The position numbers and the translations under genes were made by a program. The notes below the pieces were generated by a model, which was given only the letters and a program-made list of their open reading frames with translations, was not told the origin of the DNA and ran no database searches. This document shows positions 10,957-18,425 of a stretch of DNA of 64,000 bases, piece by piece (the stretch's first letter is position 1; each line of letters starts with the position of its first letter). Source of the stretch: an uncultured Oscillospiraceae bacterium (lineage in GTDB: Bacteria; Bacillota; Clostridia; Oscillospirales; Oscillospiraceae); NCBI GenBank assembly GCA_947626495.1, contig CANQSJ010000004.1, positions 33,069 to 97,068 of the forward strand, in the 5' to 3' direction.

Positions 10957-12339
10957 TCAATGCACCGTCTGCGCCTTTTTCCGCCAGGCGCCCCGGCGGT
11001 AGGCGATCCAGGTCAGCAGCGCGCCCATGGCCCAGGAGATCAGCAGCGAGCCGAACAGCGCCTGGGGCTGGCCCTTGGGGAAGGCCTCCGTGCGGGTGAG
11101 CCATGCCATGCCGTAGGCGATGGGCACCCGCAGCACGATGGTACTGATCATGGTGATCCACATCGGCGTGGCCGTGTCCCCCGCGCCCCGCATCACGCCG
11201 CCCAGCACCTGGGTCACGGCGACGCAGATGTAGCCCACCGCCAGGATGCGCATCATGCGCACCGCCATGTCCATCAGCTCCGGGGTGTCGGTAAACAGAT
11301 CGAAGAGATACCGTCCGGCGAACAGCAGGATCGCCGTGATGGTGGCGGAGACGGCCAGGGCCATGGCGCTGCCCTGCTTTGTCCCCTGCTCCACCCGGTC
11401 CAGCCGGCCCGCGCCCACGTTCTGCCCGGCAAAGACGCTCAGGGCCTGGCCGAAGCTCATGTTGGGCATCATGGCGAAGCCGTCCACCCGCATGATGATC
11501 ACGTTGCAGGCCATCACCATCTCCCCCATGGTGTTGGTCAGGGACTGCACCACCAGCATGGCCACGGACATGATGCCCTGGGTGATGCCGGAGGGCACGC
11601 CCAGCTTTATGATCCGCCAGGCCGTATCCTTGCGCATGCGCAGGGTGTGCCAGTTCAGGTCAAATACCTCCCGCATGTGCAGCAGCTTCACGAAGCACAG
11701 CGCCGCGGAGATGGCCTGGGCGATGATGGTGGCCAGGGCCACGCCGGGCACGCCCAGACCGAAGCTTGCCACGAACCACACGTCCAAAAAGATGTTCAGC
11801 ACCGTGGCCAACAGCAAAAAGCCCAGGGCGGAGAAGGAGTCTCCCAGGCCCCGGAGGATGCCGGAGAGGATGTTATAGTAAGTAAAGCCCGCCGCCCCCA
11901 GGAAGAAGATCTTCAGATACTGCGCGCACCAGTCGAACACGGAATCCGGCGTGCTCAAAAGCCGCAGCAGCGGCTCGGTGATGACCACGCCGATGATCAT
12001 GGTGGCCACCGCGGTGATGGCCGCCAGGGTGACGCAGTTGCCGATGGCCTTGGACAGGCCGTCCCGGTCGTCCGCGCCGAAGCGCTGGCTGATGACGATG
12101 CCCGCGCCGGTGGACACGCCCACAAACACGGCCAGCAGCAGGTTGAAGATGGGCATACAGGTCCCCACCGCCGCCAGGGCGTTGTCTCCCACGTACTTTC
12201 CCACCACGATGGAGTCCACCGTGTTATAAAGCTGCTGGGCCAGATTGCCGATGAGCATGGGCACGGCAAATTCCATGATGCGTTTCCAGGGCGTGCCCTC
12301 GGTCATGTCCCTGGCGGTAAAGAGCTCCCGGAGCTTCAT
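10957..12339 (-). CDS. MATE-family efflux transporter
   Basis: About 460 aa, 12 TM. FAVPMLIGNLAQQLYNTVDSIVVGKYVG is MATE-typical. ATG at 12339 with GGAAGGA RBS. Confidence 0.85.
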   Translation of the reverse strand: MKLRELFTARDMTEGTPWKRIMEFAVPMLIGNLAQQLYNTVDSIVVGKYVGDNALAAVGTCMPIFNLLLAVFVGVSTGAGIVISQRFGADDRDGLSKAIGNCVTLAAITAVATMIIGVVITEPLLRLLSTPDSVFDWCAQYLKIFFLGAAGFTYYNILSGILRGLGDSFSALGFLLLATVLNIFLDVWFVASFGLGVPGVALATIIAQAISAALCFVKLLHMREVFDLNWHTLRMRKDTAWRIIKLGVPSGITQGIMSVAMLVVQSLTNTMGEMVMACNVIIMRVDGFAMMPNMSFGQALSVFAGQNVGAGRLDRVEQGTKQGSAMALAVSATITAILLFAGRYLFDLFTDTPELMDMAVRMMRILAVGYICVAVTQVLGGVMRGAGDTATPMWITMISTIVLRVPIAYGMAWLTRTEAFPKGQPQALFGSLLISWAMGALLTWIAYRRGAWRKKAQTVH

Positions 12340-12440
12340 TGTATCCTTCCCTTCTATCAATCATGCGTTTTATTAGTATAACACACGGTATTTTTGCGCG
12401 CAATATGAAAGGTCACGTATTTTCCTGTAAAAAGATAGAC

Positions 12441-12839
12441 TTAATAGGCAACATGATCAAAGGCGCGTCCATTCTCCCGGCTCGGGCGGGTCACCTGACC
12501 ATGACCGGAGCAAAGCGGGGACCGAAGCGCCGCCAGCGCCATCCACAGGGCCGGCGTATTCTCATCCCCGGTCTCCGGGGCGTTGGGCCTGCCGGGCTGC
12601 ACGGGGCGGGCGGTGGGTCCCGGCGTTGCGCCGGGATCCGGCGTATACCAGGGCTCAGAGGTTGTCCCGGGTTCAGCCGTCGTGCCGGGTTCCGGCGAGG
12701 TGTCGGGATCCGGCGTGGCACTGGGCTCCGGCGTGGCACTGGGCTCCGGCGTAGAGACCGTTCCGGGGCCGCCGGGATTATAAGTCCTGTATGTATTGGT
12801 GAACGTGTCCGACCCGCTCACGTCTGCTGGCGAACCCAC
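12441..12839 (-). pseudogene. possible 3' remnant of a Pro/Thr-rich cell-wall-anchored surface protein
   Basis: (PEPSAT)n from an 18-bp tandem repeat at 12711-12752. APETGD sortase-like motif followed by ALWMALAAL. No RBS, no signal peptide, in-frame stop just upstream of the GTG. Confidence 0.3.
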
Positions 12840-12868
12840 GGTCAGATTATCGTAGGAAAAACAAAAAC

Positions 12869-12900
12869 AGCCGGAGGCGGTCTGACCGTCTCCGGCTTTT
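12869..12900. terminator. bidirectional terminator hairpin
   Basis: AGCCGGAG-n13-CTCCGGCT followed by TTTT, with an A-rich run before it. Confidence 0.5.
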
Positions 12901-12985
12901 AGTTAGCATTTTCGTGTGTAAAAAGTGCATTTCATGTGCAGAAATTGCATTTACGCAAAATCTGGCAAAGTAGCATGAACAAAGG

Positions 12986-13024
12986 AAAAACCCGGAAAGC
13001 ATTGAAAACTCAACACTTTCCGGG
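12986..13024 (-). terminator. rho-independent terminator directly downstream of the tRNA 3' fragment
   Basis: Minus strand: CCCGGAAAG-n16-CTTTCCGGG followed by TTTTT. Confidence 0.5.
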
Positions 13025-13052
13025 TGGCAGGGGAAGAAGGTTTCGAACTCCA
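13025..13052 (-). other. tRNA 3'-end fragment (T-loop half, acceptor 3' strand, GCCA; tRNA-Trp-like); candidate prophage att core
   Basis: Minus strand reads GGAGTTCGAAACCTTCTTCCCCTGCCA. No D arm, anticodon arm or 5' acceptor strand can be paired upstream, so only the 3' part is present. Confidence 0.4.
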
Positions 13053-13260
13053 TAAATCTTCCCTATTTTCAGGCACTCCAAGGCTCACTGTGTAGATTCT
13101 GTGTTTTTTGGTGTACCGGCAGCCCAAAAGGGCTGGCAGCTGGCCTCCAAATAGCTGAATTACGGAGGGCGGAATAATATTACCAAATTTGTTATAATGT
13201 GACAAATCTACGAAAAGGCTGCACACTTGCGTTAGATTATGACGTAAAGGAGAATGCGGC

Positions 13261-13512
13261 ATGATAAAGATTTTGCTTTCCACCCTGCTTGGCGAGCGGA
13301 GGTGGACCCAGGCAGACCTAGCCCGTATGACCGGCATACGCCCTGGCACGATCAACGATCTCTATAACGAGATGGCTGAACGGGTGAACCTCGAACACCT
13401 GGATTTGATTTGTGACGCGCTCGGCTGCGATCTCTCAGACCTACTTATCCGCATTCCCTCGAGCGAGCCACAGACCAAATTCCGTACCGGCGCCAACCGG
13501 CCCGACAAATAG
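13261..13512 (+). CDS. XRE-family HTH transcriptional regulator
   Basis: LLGERRWTQADLARMTGIRPGTINDLYN is a classic XRE HTH. AAAGGAG RBS. TATAAT at 13193-13198. Confidence 0.8.
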   Translation: MIKILLSTLLGERRWTQADLARMTGIRPGTINDLYNEMAERVNLEHLDLICDALGCDLSDLLIRIPSSEPQTKFRTGANRPDK

Positions 13513-13525
13513 GCCCCCGTCAACA

Positions 13526-13549
13526 CCCCGGACGTTCATTCGTCCGGGG
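13526..13549. terminator. bidirectional terminator between convergent XRE genes
   Basis: CCCCGGACG-ttcatt-CGTCCGGGG followed by CTCTTT. Confidence 0.55.
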
Positions 13550-13553
13550 CTCT

Positions 13554-13763
13554 TTATATCTTGGTGCCATCCGCAAAAACGAAGTGGCACTCCAGCGTCG
13601 CGTCCACGGCTGCAGCAATCTTCTCCAGGTCTGCCATGGTCATGGTGCCACGCTTGATCTTCTGATTCAGATTGGACGGCGTTGTGTTGAGCCGTCTGGC
13701 CAGCTCGATCTGTGTTATCCCGGCATAGGAGATCGCCGTCTTAATAAGATTCTCGGTCGTCAT
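13554..13763 (-). CDS. XRE-family HTH regulator (repressor candidate for the divergent 7-gene operon)
   Basis: MTTENLIKTAISYAGITQIELARRLNTTPSNLNQKIKRG. ATG at 13763 with AGAGGGGG RBS. Confidence 0.8.
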   Translation of the reverse strand: MTTENLIKTAISYAGITQIELARRLNTTPSNLNQKIKRGTMTMADLEKIAAAVDATLECHFVFADGTKI

Positions 13764-13784
13764 TCGTATCACCCCCTCTATTAC

Positions 13785-13813
13785 AAAATACATGATTTTC
13801 TAAATTTAGTCAA
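13785..13813 (-). promoter_or_regulatory. sigma-A-type promoter of the 13763 XRE gene
   Basis: Minus strand: TTGACT (13813-13808), 17 nt spacer, TATTTT (13790-13785). The spacer contains the palindrome CTAAATTTAG. Confidence 0.45.
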
Positions 13814-13924
13814 GCCCAGGCTTAAAAAAATTTAGAGATTTCTTAAAATTCCTATTGACACAGTTTAGCGGATAGTGTATATTATTAAGCGTAAGCTAAA
13901 TTAAATTTAGTTTTTGCTAAATTC
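13800..13924. promoter_or_regulatory. repeated operator-like motifs CTAAAT / AAATTTAG
   Basis: CTAAATTTAG at 13800-13809, AAATTTAG at 13828-13835, CTAAATTAAATTTAG at 13896-13910, GCTAAATTC at 13916-13924. They flank or overlap both divergent promoters. Confidence 0.4.
13855..13883 (+). promoter_or_regulatory. strong sigma-A-type promoter of the plus-strand 7-gene operon
   Basis: TTGACA (13855-13860), 17 nt spacer, TATATT (13878-13883), with TG at 13876-13877 (extended -10). Confidence 0.55.
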
Positions 13925-13939
13925 AAGGAGGATTTGAAA

Positions 13940-14197
13940 ATGAAGATCAAGGAATACAGATCATGGTCAGTCACCGATGTACGGGCAATGTGCATCCGCG
14001 AGAATCTCTACACCGAAGGGACCAACGAGCAGTACGGAGCGATGTTCCGGATGGTCAACGATCTCACCCCGACGGTCGAGAACATCTACAAGGTGGCGAA
14101 GGACATCAACAGCCACAGCGAATTTCAGACCATCGAGAACATCATGTGCATGCTGGCCAACGACGTTGTCCGCTACGGATACGAGATCGAGGAATAA
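13940..14197 (+). CDS. hypothetical small protein A (85 aa)
   Basis: AGGAGG 8 nt before ATG 13940. Coding-like composition. No recognised motif. Confidence 0.6.
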   Translation: MKIKEYRSWSVTDVRAMCIRENLYTEGTNEQYGAMFRMVNDLTPTVENIYKVAKDINSHSEFQTIENIMCMLANDVVRYGYEIEE

Positions 14198-14243
14198 GAA
14201 GGAATCCCCCCGCGGAGGTCACGACGGGAGAAAGGAAACGAAA

Positions 14244-14771
14244 ATGTGCAAATTCTGTGAAAACTTCAATTTTGGCTCCGTTGGATATGACTTCGCCCTG
14301 GGTATAGGAAACATCTACTTCCCCTCCCACGCAGGCGGCGTTCCCGAGGAGGAGCGGTTCAAGTTTTGCCCCGTCTGCGGGCGGGACCTCTCGGCGGCCG
14401 GCGCCGAGGAGATGAAGCTGGTGTTCATCAAGCACCAGGAGGCGGACCGGGACGAGAAGCATTACGCCCGCGATACTTATTCCATCGGCAAGTACGACGT
14501 CTTTGTGGACGACACGACCTACGAGGACACCAGAAAAACCTACCGCAGCATCAGCGTTGTCCGCCCCTTCGATCGCACTGGCGCGGATCGGTATATCCCG
14601 GAGATCAACTACTGCGATGGGTTCTGGGATCACAAGAAGCCGCGCTTTGAAATCCAGACCACGTCGTATGGAACCCTGGGCGCCGAGGAATACGAGCTGT
14701 TCCTGGCAGCTCAGAAGCAGGCCGCGAAGGTGGCCAAGATACTGACCAAAGAGCTGCTCGAGAAGCAGTGA
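14244..14771 (+). CDS. hypothetical protein B (175 aa) with N-terminal CxxC...CxxC zinc-ribbon-like motif
   Basis: MCKFCENF...FCPVCGRDL. RBS GGGAGAAAGGA. The upstream part of ORF 13977..14771 overlaps gene A out of frame. Confidence 0.6.
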   Translation: MCKFCENFNFGSVGYDFALGIGNIYFPSHAGGVPEEERFKFCPVCGRDLSAAGAEEMKLVFIKHQEADRDEKHYARDTYSIGKYDVFVDDTTYEDTRKTYRSISVVRPFDRTGADRYIPEINYCDGFWDHKKPRFEIQTTSYGTLGAEEYELFLAAQKQAAKVAKILTKELLEKQ

Positions 14772-14788
14772 CCAGGGAGGTGGCGCGG

Positions 14789-14992
14789 ATGGATCGGTAC
14801 ATCGTTTCCTTGAAGGTCCTCGACACCCGGTATTATGACGGGACCCCCGCCGGATGGGAGCGGGCATACGAGGCAGCGGAGACAGTGTTTCTTAAAGACG
14901 TGACAGACATTGATGCCGCTGTCGAGGAATACCGGGCGAAGCTGCCCGCCGGAAGATATGAAGTGGACGACGTGAAATGGAGGAAGATTTGA
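14789..14992 (+). CDS. hypothetical small protein C (67 aa)
   Basis: GGGAGG RBS and ATG at 14789. Tight spacing within the operon. Confidence 0.5.
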   Translation: MDRYIVSLKVLDTRYYDGTPAGWERAYEAAETVFLKDVTDIDAAVEEYRAKLPAGRYEVDDVKWRKI

Positions 14993-14994
14993 CA

Positions 14995-15351
14995 ATGAGA
15001 AACAGCATTATTCGGGTACGTAACAGCAAGGGCGAGGGATGGCTGCCGGTGGCAGAGAGCAGCGCCGAATCTATGGCGGCATCCTACAAGAAGATTCTTC
15101 GCCAGAGCGAGCCTGACACGGAGGCGGAGGTATACAAGTCGGGGCGCGTCCCGTTCGCCGATCTCCCGGCGGACGTGCAGAAGAAAGTGGCGGAGATTCT
15201 GGACGCATTCACCGAGTGCTATGTGGAGTACTCCCTCGGACAGTTTACCGCATCTGCCGCGCTCGCGCTTCGGTCCAGCTATCCGCAAGACGACTTCCTC
15301 GCCGGGGCCTATCGCAAGACCAGCGGCCAGATCACAGTAAGGGCAATCTGA
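14995..15351 (+). CDS. hypothetical protein D (118 aa)
   Basis: TGGAGGAAG RBS and ATG at 14995, 3 nt after the stop of gene C. Confidence 0.55.
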   Translation: MRNSIIRVRNSKGEGWLPVAESSAESMAASYKKILRQSEPDTEAEVYKSGRVPFADLPADVQKKVAEILDAFTECYVEYSLGQFTASAALALRSSYPQDDFLAGAYRKTSGQITVRAI

Positions 15352-15396
15352 CATATCGCCCGCCGCGGAGGTTACGACGGCAAAGGAGGACACGCA

Positions 15397-15789
15397 ATGC
15401 AGACCATTAAAAACGACCGGGATTTCCGCGTCGGCTATGAGCTTTTGAGCATGATGACGGAGGCCATCGCCCAGGACGGCATGACCATCGAACGCTACCG
15501 GCGCATCACGTCGCTGAAACGTAATCTGAGGCAGTATGCAAACCGCGATACGCGCTTCGACCGCCGGATCATCAAGGACGATGGCATGGATGGCTTCATC
15601 GCCCTTGAGCGTATCCCGGACGACATCAAGGACCTGGACGAGGCCAAGAAGTATTTTGACCGGTTCATGTCATTCCCACGCACCAACGGCATGTATGACT
15701 GCACTGGCCGGCCGGTCACAAACTGGTTTAAGGTGTTCCGGCGCCTCGGCAGGTATTACGCATACCACAGCGTCAGCTTTGACGTATGA
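15397..15789 (+). CDS. hypothetical protein E (130 aa)
   Basis: AAAGGAGGA RBS. The C-terminal WFKVFRRLGRYYAYHSVSFDV resembles small proteins seen on Firmicutes mobile elements (from memory, not verified). Confidence 0.6.
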   Translation: MQTIKNDRDFRVGYELLSMMTEAIAQDGMTIERYRRITSLKRNLRQYANRDTRFDRRIIKDDGMDGFIALERIPDDIKDLDEAKKYFDRFMSFPRTNGMYDCTGRPVTNWFKVFRRLGRYYAYHSVSFDV

Positions 15790-15835
15790 CGGATAGCCTG
15801 TCCTACCGGGCCAACGGGGAGAAAGGAAGTCAACG

Positions 15836-16207
15836 ATGGTCGACAGAACACTGATGCGCGAGATCAAAAAGCTCACCGGCGACGGGAGCCGCGATGCGAA
15901 GTTCGCGCTGCTCCATAAGGTAGACGCCGCGGCGAAGGATTTGGCCGACCACCCCCGCGACCGTTTCCAGGACTGCATCAATACCCATGGCCGGGCGGTG
16001 GTGGCCATCTGCGTGGCAGCTACGCTCTATGAGCGGCGCGACAGACTGGACCACTGGCAGTTCAAATGGGCACAGGAAGTCCTGGGTATTCTTCCCGGAT
16101 GGACAGACGGGAACAGGCGCCGGGCCTACATAGACGACTGGGAAATGCACCCGACGGCAATATGCGACTACGCCGGGAAGACTATCAAACTCTGGACCGA
16201 ACAATAA
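15836..16207 (+). CDS. hypothetical protein F (123 aa), DUF3849-like
   Basis: GGGGAGAAAGGAA RBS. The pattern ...VAATLYERRDRLDHWQFKWAQEVL...MHPTAICDY resembles DUF3849-type domains of phage/ICE accessory proteins (recognition by eye). Confidence 0.55.
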   Translation: MVDRTLMREIKKLTGDGSRDAKFALLHKVDAAAKDLADHPRDRFQDCINTHGRAVVAICVAATLYERRDRLDHWQFKWAQEVLGILPGWTDGNRRRAYIDDWEMHPTAICDYAGKTIKLWTEQ

Positions 16208-16251
16208 ACAGGACCTGTCCTATCGGGATGACGGGGAGAAAGGAATGTACA

Positions 16252-16527
16252 ATGGCAACGAGGAAGAACCCGGCGGCACCCGCCCTCACTCATGCGGAAA
16301 TCCTGACCCTGGCGATCCACCAAGCGTATGAGAGGTACAAGGAGTACGCCGACAAAGCGAAGCCCGGGATGCCGGAGGAAACGCTGAACATCATCGAGAG
16401 CGTGGCCGCCCCCTGGCGTGAGAAAATCCTGGTGCTGCTGCAGCTCTACACCATTGAGACCGGCTCCGACTTCGGGCTGGACCTCGACCTCGGCGGGGGC
16501 GGCTCCCCGGCAGCTCCCAGCGCGTGA
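16252..16527 (+). CDS. hypothetical protein G (91 aa)
   Basis: GGGGAGAAAGGAA RBS. Last gene of the operon, followed by a terminator. Confidence 0.55.
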   Translation: MATRKNPAAPALTHAEILTLAIHQAYERYKEYADKAKPGMPEETLNIIESVAAPWREKILVLLQLYTIETGSDFGLDLDLGGGGSPAAPSA

Positions 16528-16545
16528 CCATTCCCACGATCCGAT

Positions 16546-16580
16546 CCGGCGGGCCGACGCATAAGCGCCGGCCCTTTTTG
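16546..16580 (+). terminator. rho-independent terminator of the 7-gene operon
   Basis: CCGGCG-n14-CGCCGG followed by CCCTTTTTG. Confidence 0.5.
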
Positions 16581-16710
16581 CGGCAGCTGCCAGCCTCGCC
16601 CCTGACAGCGCACAGGAAGGCCCAGGAGCGCGCCCAGCCGCAGTAATGATGGTATATGCCCCGCCGGTGATCTGCCCGCCTGCGCCCAGGACAGCTCTGG
16701 AGAACGAAAA

Positions 16711-16748
16711 AGCGCCCACCCCCGGGATGTTCCCAAGGGGTGGGCGCT
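16711..16748. terminator. bidirectional terminator at the end of the lysis cassette
   Basis: AGCGCCCACCCC-n14-GGGGTGGGCGCT with AAAAA before and TTT after. Confidence 0.65.
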
Positions 16749-16760
16749 TTCGTCCGCTGT

Positions 16761-17015
16761 TCAGTTTTCGGCCAGCCGCTCCCGTTGGAGCTCCTGGACC
16801 TCTTGAAGATCGTCCTGCAGGTCGCTGATCTGTTCCTGGATTCCTTCGGCCACATTCGCCAGCAGCTCCACTGGCAGGCTATCCCACAGCTCCCGGCCGG
16901 ACAGGGGTACAGCTGGAGGCGCCGGATCGGGCACCTGCCGCCCGCCGGTATCAAAGCCGAGGACAAAGGCGGCGGTCACCAGCAGGACCACCGCCAGCAC
17001 CCGGGCGGCTTTCAT
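16761..17015 (-). CDS. small membrane-anchored protein downstream of the endolysin
   Basis: MKAARVLAVVLLVTAAFVLG signal anchor plus an acidic coiled C-terminus. ATGA overlap with the endolysin stop. Confidence 0.55.
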   Translation of the reverse strand: MKAARVLAVVLLVTAAFVLGFDTGGRQVPDPAPPAVPLSGRELWDSLPVELLANVAEGIQEQISDLQDDLQEVQELQRERLAEN

Positions 17016-17911
17016 TTCTTGAACACTTCCTCAATGAGGGCTGCCAAGGTGTCGGCCCCGACCTCGCCGTCAGCACCCAGTCCGTGATCCTTCTGGAAGG
17101 CCTTGACAGCCGTCTCCATTCCCGCGCCAAACTCACCATCAAAGCCGTTGGGATCATACCCGGCGGCGTAGAGCAGCCCCTGGATGCAGCGCACGTAATC
17201 GCCCTTGTCCCCGATCTTCGCAGGATGGGCTTTCACCAGCGCCACGAAAATGCGCTGGAAGTTGGCGTCCTCGGTCTTGGTGCCGGGATCACCGTCCGGG
17301 TCCACGGCCAGCCACCGCTGCCAGTCCTTCACATATTCGGTCAGATCCTTCACGGACTCCGGGGTCGGGGCCGGCTCCTTCCCGCCACCAGACGAGCTGC
17401 CGCCATCATCATCGTACAGAGGATGGCCATACCCGGCGATATAAGAATCATTCCGGGAGTAGGTGTGCTGCTTTACGGCGTCGCCGCTGTTCCCCTCAAC
17501 GGTGCTGATGGTCGTTGCCGTCACCCCCACGCAAAGGCCGGTGTGCTCGAAGTCGCCGAAGAATACCTGATCGCCATACTTCGGCGTCTTATCGAACCTG
17601 CCCTTTGCCTTGAAGTAGTCTGCGCTGTTCGGGCAGGCGGCGCCCAGGTCACCACTCTGGCACTGCACCTTCTCGGCGGCGGCCTTGGAGCCATACGCCT
17701 TGAAGAAGCACCAGTCCACGAAGGAATCACACCAGGCGTACCCGTTCTTGTTGCCGTTGTAATACCCAGCGGCCGCGAGATCGCGGGCATACTTCGTCCA
17801 GTTGCCGCTGCCAGAATTGGCGGTGGGGTTATCCAGGTTGTTGTTGCTGGCCTTCTCGTGATACCCTACTTCCGCCAGGGCAATAGAAACGACTCTCTGT
17901 GCATTACTCAT
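17012..17911 (-). CDS. endolysin: N-terminal CHAP amidase/peptidase plus two C-terminal peptidoglycan-binding repeats
   Basis: GNWTKYARD...YAWCDSFVDW and FEHTGLCVG (Cys/His of CHAP). PG_binding_1-like ...GEFGAGMETAVKAFQKDHGLGADGEVG. ATG at 17911. Confidence 0.8.
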   Translation of the reverse strand: MSNAQRVVSIALAEVGYHEKASNNNLDNPTANSGSGNWTKYARDLAAAGYYNGNKNGYAWCDSFVDWCFFKAYGSKAAAEKVQCQSGDLGAACPNSADYFKAKGRFDKTPKYGDQVFFGDFEHTGLCVGVTATTISTVEGNSGDAVKQHTYSRNDSYIAGYGHPLYDDDGGSSSGGGKEPAPTPESVKDLTEYVKDWQRWLAVDPDGDPGTKTEDANFQRIFVALVKAHPAKIGDKGDYVRCIQGLLYAAGYDPNGFDGEFGAGMETAVKAFQKDHGLGADGEVGADTLAALIEEVFKK

Positions 17912-17970
17912 AAATACACCTCCAAAAAAAGATACCTGCACCTTTTTGAAAAAGATGCAGGTATGAAAAA

Positions 17971-18390
17971 TCACTCCTCCTGCGGCTCAGGCAGTTTGTC
18001 GCCCTCGACCTCGGGCAGGTTGGACATATTACTGAACACGCACGCCACCACGGAATAGCCCACGGTGGACGCCACCATGACCCAGTTTACGTCCGTGAAC
18101 AGAGCCGCGCTCCCGATGGCGCCGATGGCCGCCTGAGCCGCGGTGCGGATCACGCGCATACCCAGCGCACCCCAGTAGGTCTTGGCCCACTTCTCGCTGA
18201 ACTCGGGCAGGCTCACCACGCTGGTCAGCAGGGACACGATGCCCGCCAGCAGCGCAGCCAGTCCGCACTGAGGCCAGTTGACGCCGCCGATGGTGGACGC
18301 GCCGGCGATGCTGGACAGGCCCACCTGCCCGATGGTCTTGATGGCGCGGATGCCTGCGTCCTTCAGCCACTTCAAGAGCTTTTCTTTCAT
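17971..18390 (-). CDS. multi-TM membrane protein (second holin/antiholin candidate)
   Basis: 139 aa, 3-4 hydrophobic segments, GAGGAGG RBS. Lies between the holin and the endolysin. Confidence 0.5.
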   Translation of the reverse strand: MKEKLLKWLKDAGIRAIKTIGQVGLSSIAGASTIGGVNWPQCGLAALLAGIVSLLTSVVSLPEFSEKWAKTYWGALGMRVIRTAAQAAIGAIGSAALFTDVNWVMVASTVGYSVVACVFSNMSNLPEVEGDKLPEPQEE

Positions 18391-18425
18391 GGTAGAAATA
18401 CCTCCTCAAAAAATTTCAACGGCGA

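Noticed and set aside
13025-13110. A complete tRNA gene on the minus strand
   Set aside because: Only the T-loop, 3' T-stem, acceptor 3' strand and CCA are present. The upstream 60 nt cannot form the 5' acceptor strand (AGGGGAA absent), D arm or anticodon arm.
13261-13763. The two convergent XRE genes considered as a toxin-antitoxin or ImmA/XRE pair
   Set aside because: Both are plain HTH proteins separated by a bidirectional terminator. No toxin-like or ImmA-like partner is adjacent. The HExxH protein at 51165..51767 is 38 kb away.
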